DNA of 64,000 nucleotides from Candidatus Bathyarchaeota archaeon (GCA_963769425.1 CAVYLP010000005.1:1-64000); one strand, 5' to 3'. Shown: positions 18,996 through 28,896, numbered from the stretch's first letter. Numbers and translations: made by a program. Notes: generated by a model not told the origin, from the sequence alone.

Positions 18996-19733
18996 ATGAC
19001 AATACCGACGGATCCAAACCAAGGCCTCGCCCTCGACCACGCCCTCCTACTCAAGGCCCACGACTCAAAATACTGCGCCACTATAAGATTCTGGAGCAAC
19101 CCCTGCTCCGTAATATTAGGACGGGGACAAACCCTGAGTGAAGAAGTGAACCAACAATTTTGCAGGGAAAACCAGATCCCAATCGCGAGGAGAATATCCG
19201 GCGGTGGAACCGTCTACCACGATGAAGGAAACCTCAACATCAGCCTATTCGTCCCGAAAACAGCAATCAAAAACCCCGACGACATCAAATCCACAACATC
19301 AAGCTTAACCCACATACTCAAACGGAGTATAGAAGAGACCGGAATACACGAGATCCAAGCCGACGATTCCAATAACCTCCTCTATCGGGACCTCAAAGTG
19401 TCCGGAGCGGCATCGTACTTCACCAAGGACACCATCCTCCACCACTCAACCCTACTGTTATCAGCAGATCTGTCGAAGCTCGAAGGAAGCCTCATCCACC
19501 ACAAGGAACCGCAGAAAGGAAGAAGCAAATACACACCAACAACTAACCTCAAAGACCTCAAACTTGAAGCCTGGAAAAAGAAATACATCGAGCTGTTAGA
19601 GGAAACATTCCATACCCGATTCCAGCCCGGAAGCTTAACCTCAGAGGAGAACGCCCTCGCGACGAGACTCAAGGATATAATGTACAGCGATCCAAGCTGG
19701 ATAATCGATGGGGAACGACCAACAAACCTGTAA
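18996..19733 (+). CDS. lplA: Lipoate-protein ligase A
   Basis: RRISGGGTVYHDEGNLN, KVSGAA and HHSTLL motifs. Confidence 0.9.
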   Translation: MTIPTDPNQGLALDHALLLKAHDSKYCATIRFWSNPCSVILGRGQTLSEEVNQQFCRENQIPIARRISGGGTVYHDEGNLNISLFVPKTAIKNPDDIKSTTSSLTHILKRSIEETGIHEIQADDSNNLLYRDLKVSGAASYFTKDTILHHSTLLLSADLSKLEGSLIHHKEPQKGRSKYTPTTNLKDLKLEAWKKKYIELLEETFHTRFQPGSLTSEENALATRLKDIMYSDPSWIIDGERPTNL

Positions 19734-19820
19734 ACTCCACTGACTGGGGCGTAAATTTGTCGACGAAAAAGACACTATTTAAAAAAACAAATTACCCATC
19801 CTCTTTGAGGATCACCCGCG

Positions 19821-20906
19821 ATGCTTAGCGACGAGTTTAATCCCCTCGAAGGAAAGATGCTACAGATAATCAGCCCCGACGGAACCGTCGACAAGAGGCT
19901 TGAACCAAGCCTCGACGACGACCTACTCCTACGAGCCTACAAGACGATGATCCTCGCACGAGTAGCCGACGACAAAGCCGTGAAACTCCAGAGACAGGGA
20001 CGCATCGGCGCCTACCCCCCCAGCCGAGGCCAGGAGGCGAGCCAGATCGGCCCCGCCCTCGCCCTAGGACAGGAGGACTGGGTGATCCCCGGATTCAGGG
20101 AACTAACGGCCCTGCTGTGGAGGGGTGTCCCCCTCTTCAACCTCTTCCTCTACTGGTCAGGAAACGAGGAAGGCAACAACTACCCGGAGGGGGTGAGGGT
20201 GACTCCGGGCGTAATCCCGGTCAGCGATCAGATCCCCCACGCCGTCGGAGTAGCATATGCTTCCAAGCTGAGGGGCGAGAAGGTCGTCTCGATGACCTAC
20301 TTCGGCGACGGAGGCTCCTCTGAGGGAAGCTTCCACGAAGGCCTGAACCTGGCGGGGGTCCTTAAGACGCCGACCATCTTCGTCTGCCAGAACAATCAAT
20401 ACGCCATCTCCCTACCCAGAGCAAAGCAGACAGCATCGAAGACCATAGCGCAAAAAGCAATCGGGTATGGATTCCCCGGAATAATCGTCGACGGCAACGA
20501 CGTGCTGGCTCTATACGCCGCGGCTAAGGAAGCTGTTGAGCGAGCCCGGGGAGGGGAGGGGCCCACACTCATCGAGTCCTACACGTACCGACTCGGGGAC
20601 CACACCACATCGGACGACGCGACGAGGTACCGCGACGAGGCCGAGCTGAGAGAGTGGGAAGCGAAGGACCCCCTGAAGAGGTTCAGGATCTACCTCGAGA
20701 AAAAGGGACTGTGGAACGACAACTTGGAGAAAGCCACATTTGAGGAAACCAGTAGCAGGGTAGATGAGGAATCCCAGAAGGCGCTGGATCACCCCCCACC
20801 ACAACTCGATGACGTATTCAGATACACGTACAAAACCATGCCCTCGGGGCTCCAAAACCAGCTAAGCTTCTTCAAAAAGGACCTCGGACTAGGAGGCTCA
20901 CCCTAA
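19821..20906 (+). CDS. pdhA: 2-oxoacid (pyruvate) dehydrogenase E1 alpha
   Basis: LQRQGR, GQEA, ThDP motif GDG...NNQYAIS, YRLGDHTTSDD. Confidence 0.93.
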   Translation: MLSDEFNPLEGKMLQIISPDGTVDKRLEPSLDDDLLLRAYKTMILARVADDKAVKLQRQGRIGAYPPSRGQEASQIGPALALGQEDWVIPGFRELTALLWRGVPLFNLFLYWSGNEEGNNYPEGVRVTPGVIPVSDQIPHAVGVAYASKLRGEKVVSMTYFGDGGSSEGSFHEGLNLAGVLKTPTIFVCQNNQYAISLPRAKQTASKTIAQKAIGYGFPGIIVDGNDVLALYAAAKEAVERARGGEGPTLIESYTYRLGDHTTSDDATRYRDEAELREWEAKDPLKRFRIYLEKKGLWNDNLEKATFEETSSRVDEESQKALDHPPPQLDDVFRYTYKTMPSGLQNQLSFFKKDLGLGGSP

Positions 20907-21883
20907 TGGTCACAATGAACATGGTCCAGGCAATCGGAAACGCGCTGGCCGTGGAGATGGCTAAGGACCCATCCGTCGTGGTCTTAGGCGAAGACGTAGG
21001 GATCGACGGAGGAGTCTTCAGGGTCACCGAGGGACTCTACGAAAAATTCGGCCCGACGAGGGTCATCGACACCCCCCTGTCTGAGGCCTGCATAGTTGGG
21101 GCATCAATCGGGATGGCCATGAACGGGCTTAAACCCGTCGCCGAGATCCAGTTCCTAGGATTCTCCTACTTCACACTCGACCAGATGATATGCCACGCCG
21201 CCCGCATAAGGAACCGCTCCAGGGGTCACCTCGAGGTACCTATGGTCCTCAGGACACCATACGGCGCAGGCGTCAAGGCCCTGGAGCACCACTCTGAGAG
21301 CACCGAGGCGCTATACGCACAGATACCGGGGCTGAAGGTCGTCGTACCGGCGACGCCCCGCGAGGCAAAGGGACTACTAATCTCGGCAATAAGGGACCCC
21401 GACCCGGTGGTCTTCCTCGAGCCCACCAGAAACTACCGCCTCATCAAGGAGGACGTGGAGGAGGGGGACTACACGATCCCCATCGGCCAAGCTAGGATGG
21501 TGAAGGAGGGTCGAGACGTGACCGTCGTAGGCTGGGGAGCGATGATGCCAATCATACAGGAGGCCGCGTCGAAGGCCGAAGCCGACGGAACCTCCGTGGA
21601 GATAATAGACCTTCGCACCCTCGCCCCGATGGACACCGACTCGGTGATCGACTCCGTCAAGAAGACAGGTAGAGCCGTCATAGTCCACGAGGCCCCCAGG
21701 ACATGCGGGGTCGGGGCAGAGATAGCCGCGAGGATAGGCGAGCAAGCACTCCTATCCCTAAAAGCACCGGTGGAACGGGTAACCGCCCCGGACGTGACGG
21801 TGCCCCTGCCTAAAGGGGAACACTTCTACTACGTAGACCCAGATAGGGTACACAGGGCAATTCGGAGAGTAGTATCATTCTGA
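20906..21883 (+). CDS. pdhB: 2-oxoacid (pyruvate) dehydrogenase E1 beta
   Basis: GEDVG..GGVFR, DTPLSE, HHSES and DLRTL motifs. Confidence 0.93.
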   Translation: MVTMNMVQAIGNALAVEMAKDPSVVVLGEDVGIDGGVFRVTEGLYEKFGPTRVIDTPLSEACIVGASIGMAMNGLKPVAEIQFLGFSYFTLDQMICHAARIRNRSRGHLEVPMVLRTPYGAGVKALEHHSESTEALYAQIPGLKVVVPATPREAKGLLISAIRDPDPVVFLEPTRNYRLIKEDVEEGDYTIPIGQARMVKEGRDVTVVGWGAMMPIIQEAASKAEADGTSVEIIDLRTLAPMDTDSVIDSVKKTGRAVIVHEAPRTCGVGAEIAARIGEQALLSLKAPVERVTAPDVTVPLPKGEHFYYVDPDRVHRAIRRVVSF

Positions 21884-21889
21884 GGTGAT

Positions 21890-23143
21890 TTGATGGTAAC
21901 TGAGTTTAAACTACCGGACCTCGGCGAGGGAATAACCGAGGGCGAGGTTAGAAAGTGGCTCGTCAAAGAGGGTGACTCCGTCAAGCGGGACCAGTCACTA
22001 GCCGAACTCGAGACCGACAAAGCCGTCGTCGAGATGCCCTCCCCCGCCGCGGGGAAGATACTGAAGATACACCACCCAGAGGGCAGCGTAGTCAAGGTCG
22101 GAGAGGTGCTCGTCACAATCGGGGCCGAAGGGGAGACCGCTGCGACCTCTGAGGCTAGGAAGCCATCAGTATCGGTCGTTGGTGAGCTACCTGAGGCCCC
22201 TGAAGCAATACCCCCCGAAGCCCCGGTAGTGGCCAAGCAGGTACCCTCCACAGAGAAAGCTATTCTAGTCCTCCCCGCCGTCCGCCAACTAGCCTCGGAG
22301 CTTGGTGTAGATCTTGCCTCTGTGAAGGGTACCGGACCTGAAGAGCGAATCACAGAGGATGACGTACGTAAGTCCCAGGTCCCCCCTAAAACGCGTCCGA
22401 GGATTGTGCCCAAGTTTGACGTCTTCGGGTACGTGGAGAGGCGACCAATAAGGGGCGTGAGGCGGACCACCGCGAAGAGGATGGTTGAGTCGCTGGCTAA
22501 GGCGGCTCAGGTAACCGCCATGGAGGTCGTCGACGTGACTGAGCTCGTGGCTCTACGCGAGAGGGAGAAGGTGGCCCTCAAGGAGTCTAAGAACATCCAC
22601 CTCACATACATGCCCTTCATCATCAAGGCGGTCGTCGAGGCGCTCAGAGAGACGCCGATCATGAACTCCTCATATGATGAAGAGTCGGAGGAGGTGGTCA
22701 TCAAGAAGTACTACAACATAGGATACGCGGTGGCAACAGAGGACGGGTTGCTCGTCCCAGTCCTCAAGGGCGCGGACCAGAAGAGCATAGTGGAGCTCGC
22801 CCAGGAGGTGGAGAGGCTCACTGAGCTGTCCAACTCACGGAAGATCGACCTCGGCGACCTCAAAGGTGGTACATTCACCATTACAAACTACGGCGTCTTC
22901 GGGGGAACCTACGGTACGCCGATAATCAACTACCCCGAGGTAGCGATCCTAGGCACCGGCAAAATAGCTGACACTCCCCTCGTCGTCGGAACGGAGATCA
23001 AGATAAGAAAAACAATGCACCTCAGCCTATCATTCGACCACAGAGTCATGGACGGCGCAGACGCGGCTAAATTCATGAACAGCCTCAAAAAATACCTCGA
23101 GGACCCTGAACTCCTACTCATCTCGATGGAGAGCTCGGAGTAG
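21890..23143 (+). CDS. pdhC: Dihydrolipoamide acyltransferase E2
   Basis: Lipoyl domain ETDKA, E3-binding GTGP..RI, catalytic DHRVMDG. Confidence 0.93.
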   Translation: MMVTEFKLPDLGEGITEGEVRKWLVKEGDSVKRDQSLAELETDKAVVEMPSPAAGKILKIHHPEGSVVKVGEVLVTIGAEGETAATSEARKPSVSVVGELPEAPEAIPPEAPVVAKQVPSTEKAILVLPAVRQLASELGVDLASVKGTGPEERITEDDVRKSQVPPKTRPRIVPKFDVFGYVERRPIRGVRRTTAKRMVESLAKAAQVTAMEVVDVTELVALREREKVALKESKNIHLTYMPFIIKAVVEALRETPIMNSSYDEESEEVVIKKYYNIGYAVATEDGLLVPVLKGADQKSIVELAQEVERLTELSNSRKIDLGDLKGGTFTITNYGVFGGTYGTPIINYPEVAILGTGKIADTPLVVGTEIKIRKTMHLSLSFDHRVMDGADAAKFMNSLKKYLEDPELLLISMESSE

Positions 23144-23150
23144 ACCAGAC

Positions 23151-23960
23151 TCAGCCCGAGGCCCAGCTCTTCAGCTTCTCCAGAGACACCGTACCACAAA
23201 CAGCGTTTCCTGTCTTCTCATTATAGAAGGCTGGAACGCCGAGGTCTCCCCCACACACCTTCTTGATGGTGTCCCCATACCCGCGCATTACCTTGGCGTT
23301 GTCCTCGCTGTGCCAAACCTCCAGCTCTGTTATCTTTTTACCCGTCTCCGCCTGGAACTGCTCCACAATAGGGCGAAGACGTTTACAGTGCACGCACTCT
23401 CTTCCACTAAACCAGATCAGTCGATCTCCTGAACTCATTGTTTTTCCCTCTTTACGAATAGTCTGTTGCGACGCTCCCTGCGCTACGCTTACATCTGCGG
23501 TTTTCTCCCTCTTCACGAATAATCCGCACCAACACTCCCCACGATCCACGTAGGTCTGCTGGACCTGGAAATTGCACGGGCAGATGAGCTTCAGATCCTG
23601 GACGAAGTCCCCCTGAGCGAGCCTACACGGACAGTATCTGAGCCCGTGAACCTTCTGATTCGCCAGGACCCCCTCGGCGAGCCCGTTGACCATCTCGGCG
23701 TCCTCAACGAGCTTATACTCGTCACTGAACTTGGCGAAGCCCTTCCAAGCCTCTATTATTTCCTCGGTCGTAGTGAGAGCTCCCCCTCTCTCCCCCACTA
23801 TCTTCAACGCCTCATCCCTGTCGACTTGGACGAATGCCCTGCTGGCTCCGCAGGTCGGGCAGATGAGTGGTGGACCAGCCCCGTAGTGGAGGTCGTTACA
23901 CACGTGACACCTCCACAGACGCTTCACGCCGATGTCGTACTCTTTCCTCAAGACGCTCAT
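23151..23960 (-). CDS. Rubredoxin-like + ferredoxin:thioredoxin reductase catalytic domain + thioredoxin-fold ORF
   Basis: CHVC...CPTC; YCPCR, ICPC and CWC FTR motifs; C-terminal CVHC and cis-Pro VP. Confidence 0.8.
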   Translation of the reverse strand: MSVLRKEYDIGVKRLWRCHVCNDLHYGAGPPLICPTCGASRAFVQVDRDEALKIVGERGGALTTTEEIIEAWKGFAKFSDEYKLVEDAEMVNGLAEGVLANQKVHGLRYCPCRLAQGDFVQDLKLICPCNFQVQQTYVDRGECWCGLFVKREKTADVSVAQGASQQTIRKEGKTMSSGDRLIWFSGRECVHCKRLRPIVEQFQAETGKKITELEVWHSEDNAKVMRGYGDTIKKVCGGDLGVPAFYNEKTGNAVCGTVSLEKLKSWASG

Positions 23961-24007
23961 GCCAAAAACTCCGTATCCCTAATTCTCAAATAAAATCTGA
24001 AAAGCGT

Positions 24008-24034
24008 AATGGAAAAACCTACGTCTTTTCCATT
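24008..24034. promoter_or_regulatory. Inverted repeat AATGGAAAA-N9-TTTTCCATT between divergent genes
   Basis: Perfect 9-bp arms in the intergenic region. Confidence 0.45.
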
Positions 24035-24112
24035 CGAAGCCGAGGAGAAGGATTGATGTTCCCCGATTCCAACCACGTAAACGGAGGCTCAATAGGTCCC
24101 CGGAGTGGGTTT

Positions 24113-24757
24113 ATGTTCACAGACAGGCGTGACGCAGGGATTCAACTCGCCTCGGCTTTATCCAGATACGAGGGGAAGCCAGGCGTGGTAGTGATCGGCA
24201 TCCCTAGGGGCGGCGTGGTCGTGGCGAGCGAGGTAGCGAAGAGCTTGGGCGCCCCCTTAGAGGTTGTGATAATAAAGAAGCTTGGATACCCAGGGAACCC
24301 CGAGCTCGCCCTAGGTGCCGCGAGCCCAGACGCATTCTATCTCAACGAGGACCTCGCGAGCACAGTCCCCAAGAGCTACATCGACGAGGAGGTCAAGGCA
24401 AAGCAGCTGGAGGCCCGCGAGCGCGTATCAACGCTGAGGGGCATCCACAAACCAATCGACCTCGAGGGGAAAGTCGCAATTGTTGTCGACGATGGTATCG
24501 CGACGGGCGCATCCATGATGATGGCCATCAAGGTCCTCAGAAGCATGAAGCCCGCCTCAATCGTCGTCGCCGTCCCTGTGGCTCCACCGGAAAGCGTCAT
24601 TGAACTTAAGCAGCTGGCCGATGACGTAATCGTAATCATGCAGCCTAGGGACTTCTTCGCCATCGGTCAGTTCTACATTGACTTCACGCAGGTTTCAGAC
24701 GAGGAGACAAAGAAGATCCTTGAGGAAGGAGGCGATGGCAAACGGTCAAGTCAGTAA
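24113..24757 (+). CDS. Type I phosphoribosyltransferase
   Basis: FTDRRDAG, GIPRGG and VVDDGIATG PRPP-binding motif. Confidence 0.88.
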   Translation: MFTDRRDAGIQLASALSRYEGKPGVVVIGIPRGGVVVASEVAKSLGAPLEVVIIKKLGYPGNPELALGAASPDAFYLNEDLASTVPKSYIDEEVKAKQLEARERVSTLRGIHKPIDLEGKVAIVVDDGIATGASMMMAIKVLRSMKPASIVVAVPVAPPESVIELKQLADDVIVIMQPRDFFAIGQFYIDFTQVSDEETKKILEEGGDGKRSSQ

Positions 24758-25374
24758 TCGTAGGCTCGGGGGAGATCAGGCTCCTCGGAGAATTCAACGC
24801 ACCAGCAGGCGCAAATGGAGTGATCCTCTTCGCACACGGTAGCGGAAGCGGGAGACTCAGTCCAAGGAACAATCAGGTCGCGAACCGCTTCAACCAAGCT
24901 GGTTTCTCAACCCTCCTCGTAGACCTCCTCACGGAGGAAGAAGCGGCCAAGGACTCAGTAACTATGGAATACCGATTTGAGGTACAACTACTCGGATCGA
25001 GACTCATAATGGCGGCGGAGTGGCTTAATACCAGATCCAAGCAGCCCATCGGTTACTACGGCGCGAGCACAGGGGCCTCAGCAGCACTGATCGCAGCGGC
25101 TGAAAGACCAGAGTTGGTCTCCGCCATCGTCTCGAGAGGCGGCAGACCAGACCTAGCTGGACCGAACCTACCAAAGGTGAAGGCCCCAACCCTCCTCATA
25201 GTCGGTGGGCTAGACTACGAGGTGCTTGAAATGAATAAAGCGGCTCAGAGGCAGATGAAAGCGGCGACAGAACTAAAGGTCGTGGAGGGGGCAACTCACC
25301 TCTTCGAGGAACGGGGGAAGCTCGAAGAAGTAGCCAAACTCTCGATAGATTGGTTCAAGAAGTACCTCAAATGA
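24735..25374 (+). CDS. Dienelactone hydrolase-family alpha/beta hydrolase (5' end frameshifted, possibly fused to the upstream PRT)
   Basis: FAHGSGS.R.SPRN, GASTG, SRGGRPDL and HLFEE motifs. The frame is open upstream of 24820 (KSVIVGSGEIRL). Confidence 0.85.
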
Positions 25375-25465
25375 GCCTCTGAATACCCTAGCCCCAACTC
25401 CTATTCCGCATCCCGCCTGGGATATCAGATACAATTATATCACCTAACCCCAACGAGAAACCAAC

Positions 25466-26185
25466 ATGACCCTAACAGAGAAAGAGATCATCGCGAGACT
25501 CGAGAAGATCGACACCCCAACGATCAGCAACGTGGTAGCAACCTACCCCCGCTCCGACAACTGCATGAAGCTCTACGACGCCTGGTACGGGGAGTGGTAC
25601 ACGGACTCAACAATCCACTGCGTCTATCCCGAGATGGGGCCGAAGGTCGGCTACGTCGCCACCGTCGTATTTTGTGAGCGCTCCGATAAATTCACGGGCA
25701 TGGGCAGATGGATTCTCCCCGAACACATCGATAAAACAAAGAAGCCCGTCGTCCTCGTCGCCGAGCAGCAGTTTCCACCCGAACTCGACAACAGAGTCGG
25801 CCTATTCGGGGAGATAATGACGACCCAGTACAAGGCTCAGGGAGTCATCGGGGTCATAACAAACGGCCCAATGAGGGACATAGACGCGATAAAACCCTTG
25901 AACTTCCAATACTACTCAACTGGAGTAACACCCGGACACGGAGACTTCATGATCAAGGCTGTCGGTGTACCAGTCAAGGTCGGCGGCATGACCGTGATGC
26001 CTAGCGACATGGTCCACATGGACATGCACGGAGCCGTAAAGTTCCCAGCAGAAAAGCTGGCCGAGGTTCTCGAACGAGCTGAGAAACTACTCGAATCCGA
26101 GGGCGCGACCATGAAGATCTACAGGGACCCAGAGTTCAGTTTAAAGAAGTGGAAGCAAACCGTAGAGGGAAACAAGACATACTGA
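25466..26185 (+). CDS. RraA/HMG-aldolase family protein
   Basis: DTPTISN, FGEIM, TNGPMRDI and DMVHMDMHG motifs. Confidence 0.8.
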   Translation: MTLTEKEIIARLEKIDTPTISNVVATYPRSDNCMKLYDAWYGEWYTDSTIHCVYPEMGPKVGYVATVVFCERSDKFTGMGRWILPEHIDKTKKPVVLVAEQQFPPELDNRVGLFGEIMTTQYKAQGVIGVITNGPMRDIDAIKPLNFQYYSTGVTPGHGDFMIKAVGVPVKVGGMTVMPSDMVHMDMHGAVKFPAEKLAEVLERAEKLLESEGATMKIYRDPEFSLKKWKQTVEGNKTY

Positions 26186-26195
26186 GGTGTATTTG

Positions 26196-27185
26196 ATGAA
26201 GGTACTATTCGTCGCGGGCCGCTGGGCCCAGGACATCCAGAAATCTGAGAAACTCAAGGAGCTGAGGAAGCTCGCCGACGTGGAAATATCCGAGAACGGG
26301 GACGAGAAGACACTCCTCGGCAAGGTAAAGGGGGTCGACGTCATCATAACCGGCGGCCCAATCACGGCCCCCGTGATCAACGCGGCCGATAAGTTGAAGC
26401 TGATACAGACCACCAGCGTCGGCTACGAGTACATAGACGAGGCCGCTGCAGCAGCCAAAGGAGTCATCATCTGCAACGTCGCCGGCGTCAACGCCAACAG
26501 CGTCGTCGAGCTCGCCTTCGGGATGATCCTCGACATAGCTAGAAGGATCGGCGCCCACAACCGCCTGATGCGCGAGGGCGGATGGGCACGCGTCGACATC
26601 GAGAGGCAGGTCGAGATCAGGAACAGCACTATAGGAATCATAGGCCTAGGAGCCATCGGCAGCAGGATGGCCCAATTCGCAAAGCACGCCTTCAACATGG
26701 ACGTACTCACCTACGACCCATACATCACGGAGGCGAGGGCCCAGCAGTTCAACGCCAAGCTCGTAGACCTCGAAACCCTGCTCAAGAAATCCGACATAGT
26801 CACCATCCACGTCCCGCTTAACGACGAGACACGCCACATGATAGGCGCGAAGGAGCTGAGCCTACTCAAGCCCACGGCCATATTCGTCTCATCGGCGAGG
26901 GGGCCCGTCGTCGACGAGAAGGCACTCATTAAAGTCCTTCAGGAGAAGCGGATAAGCGGTGCCTGCCTCGACGTCTACGAAGTCGAGCCCCTCCCCAAGG
27001 ACAGCCCTCTCAGAACACTCGACAACATCACCTTGGTCCCACACATCGGTAGCACGCCAGGGATCATGGGTGAGATGCGCGAAACCGCTGTGTGGAACGT
27101 CATCAGGGTGGCGAAGGGGCAGCCGCCGATGAACATCCAGACACCCAAAGTATACTATACCAGCTCGAAGTGGCAGAAACAATAG
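26196..27185 (+). CDS. D-2-hydroxyacid dehydrogenase
   Basis: GIIGLGAIG, ARGPVVDE, LDVYEVEP and PHIG motifs. Confidence 0.92.
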   Translation: MKVLFVAGRWAQDIQKSEKLKELRKLADVEISENGDEKTLLGKVKGVDVIITGGPITAPVINAADKLKLIQTTSVGYEYIDEAAAAAKGVIICNVAGVNANSVVELAFGMILDIARRIGAHNRLMREGGWARVDIERQVEIRNSTIGIIGLGAIGSRMAQFAKHAFNMDVLTYDPYITEARAQQFNAKLVDLETLLKKSDIVTIHVPLNDETRHMIGAKELSLLKPTAIFVSSARGPVVDEKALIKVLQEKRISGACLDVYEVEPLPKDSPLRTLDNITLVPHIGSTPGIMGEMRETAVWNVIRVAKGQPPMNIQTPKVYYTSSKWQKQ

Positions 27186-27377
27186 CTTAGCCCAATATTA
27201 TTTACTAGACTAGTTTTCTTACCCCATCTGCCCTGATTTCTTCTACCCCCGAACTAAATACGTAATAAAAACTATCAAGCTCGCCTTCCTAGGCTGCGGA
27301 AAACTGGGCGAAGCCCAGCCCACATTCATCGCGGCTTTCAGGATCCGGGCAGTCACGACCTATCCAGTTAGCGTTCT

Positions 27378-28295
27378 CTAGCCTATGCCCGCGAGGTGCC
27401 CGAGAAGAATAAAACTCGAGACAACGTAGCCAAGGATGGCCCCACTACATAGGAACGGGAGACCCGCCTGCGGCCTGCCGCTCGCCACGAATACGGAGAG
27501 GACGACGAAGCCGACTAGAGTCCCCAGGATCACTGAGGCGACTATCGGAAGACCAGCCGCACCCATGGCCCCGTAGATCGAGACGACGAGACAACCAGGG
27601 ATGACGAGGTCCCCAAGGCCCATGTAGAAGGCGTTACGCTCGCTGCCCGGCGCCGGTGCATCCTTCTGAATCTTGATTGCCTTCGGCTCCCTGTAATCGA
27701 AGCTCTTAGGCACGACCACCATGAGGGGCAGCCCCGAGTTAAGGATCGATTCCGCCAGGGTGAGCATGTGGCCCGTCTTGTAGACCGCGATCGCGTCGTA
27801 GACAGCCAACCCGAGCAGGAGCACCGAGACCAGCGGTGGACTGAGGCTGATCCCGAGCACAGACGTCGAGACCGCGCCTAAAAGGAGGGCCGCGGCGTCG
27901 ATCAGGTACCACCTTTGCCACCTAACGAGCGCTGCTATCAGGGCCAGCGACCCGACGAAGGAGACCCCCGTGGCCAGAGGATCGTAGACGACGAATAACG
28001 CGAGCGAGTAGAGCGTCGAGAACATAGAGAACCAAATCGTCCCGGTGAGCACCCACCTAACGAATTTGCCACCCCTGAACCTGGCGAGGGCGAGAATCAC
28101 GCCGGTCGCGACCAGCATCATGGCCACGAAGTAGACGATGTCCAGTGGGTTCCCCGAGTCGGAGAAGGCGAAGAGCCCCGCGTCGCTGAAGGGCGTGACG
28201 AGCAACAAGGCTAAGAGATCAACGACTAGAAACAAGCCCCCCATCGCGATGAAGGGCATCAGACTAGATAGTGAAATCGGCTTACGCGTGACCAC
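27378..28295 (-). CDS. Presenilin-family intramembrane aspartyl protease
   Basis: YD (AVYDAIAVY), GLGD and PQAGLP motifs. Confidence 0.9.
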   Translation of the reverse strand: MVTRKPISLSSLMPFIAMGGLFLVVDLLALLLVTPFSDAGLFAFSDSGNPLDIVYFVAMMLVATGVILALARFRGGKFVRWVLTGTIWFSMFSTLYSLALFVVYDPLATGVSFVGSLALIAALVRWQRWYLIDAAALLLGAVSTSVLGISLSPPLVSVLLLGLAVYDAIAVYKTGHMLTLAESILNSGLPLMVVVPKSFDYREPKAIKIQKDAPAPGSERNAFYMGLGDLVIPGCLVVSIYGAMGAAGLPIVASVILGTLVGFVVLSVFVASGRPQAGLPFLCSGAILGYVVSSFILLGHLAGIG

Positions 28296-28357
28296 AAGCC
28301 CTAGACCGCGACGACTCCTTATTGACCTTACGGCGGCTATGCCTACCCTTCCTCGTC

Positions 28358-28837
28358 TCAGAACTTTGGCATACTCTTCTTCATATCCTCAGCCTTCGAG
28401 CCCCGCAGGAGCCTCGCTGAGACCGGACGGACCTTCATGATCGTCCTCTCAGGGTGCTCCCCTACATGTGACTCCCAGTACCTCTCCGCCTGATGCGGGT
28501 GCCAGTAGAGCCACCACCAGACCCACTTCTCGTTGACCTCCTCCCCGTTCGCGAGGTAACCCTCCCCCTCGAGCTCGTAGTACATATCAGGCTCCGCCGC
28601 GGGGAAGAGAAGCAGCACCCTCTTGTTCCCCTTGATGTCCTCCACCTTCCTCGTCTTCGTCGCCGTCGGAAACCACATCACATCGTACGGGTTCTCGTTG
28701 AGGTTCGTCATCGCCCTGCTGTGCTCCTCGCCCCCCTCCGTAAAGGTGATCATGAATAGAATCCTCGACTTCCGGAACGCCTCCGCGAGGCCAACTATCT
28801 CCTCGAACGGGGCGTCCGCGTCCTTGATGTTCAACAA
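28358..28837 (-). CDS. Pyridoxamine 5'-phosphate oxidase-like split-barrel flavin-binding protein
   Basis: HSRAMT, WFPT...TRKV.DI..N.RV; paralog of 54546..54974. Confidence 0.75.
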   Translation of the reverse strand: MLNIKDADAPFEEIVGLAEAFRKSRILFMITFTEGGEEHSRAMTNLNENPYDVMWFPTATKTRKVEDIKGNKRVLLLFPAAEPDMYYELEGEGYLANGEEVNEKWVWWWLYWHPHQAERYWESHVGEHPERTIMKVRPVSARLLRGSKAEDMKKSMPKF

Positions 28838-28896
28838 CGTGGATCAACTAGATTTTTGGAAACGTTTGAATAAAAACCTGCAACTCTCGGCGGAGG

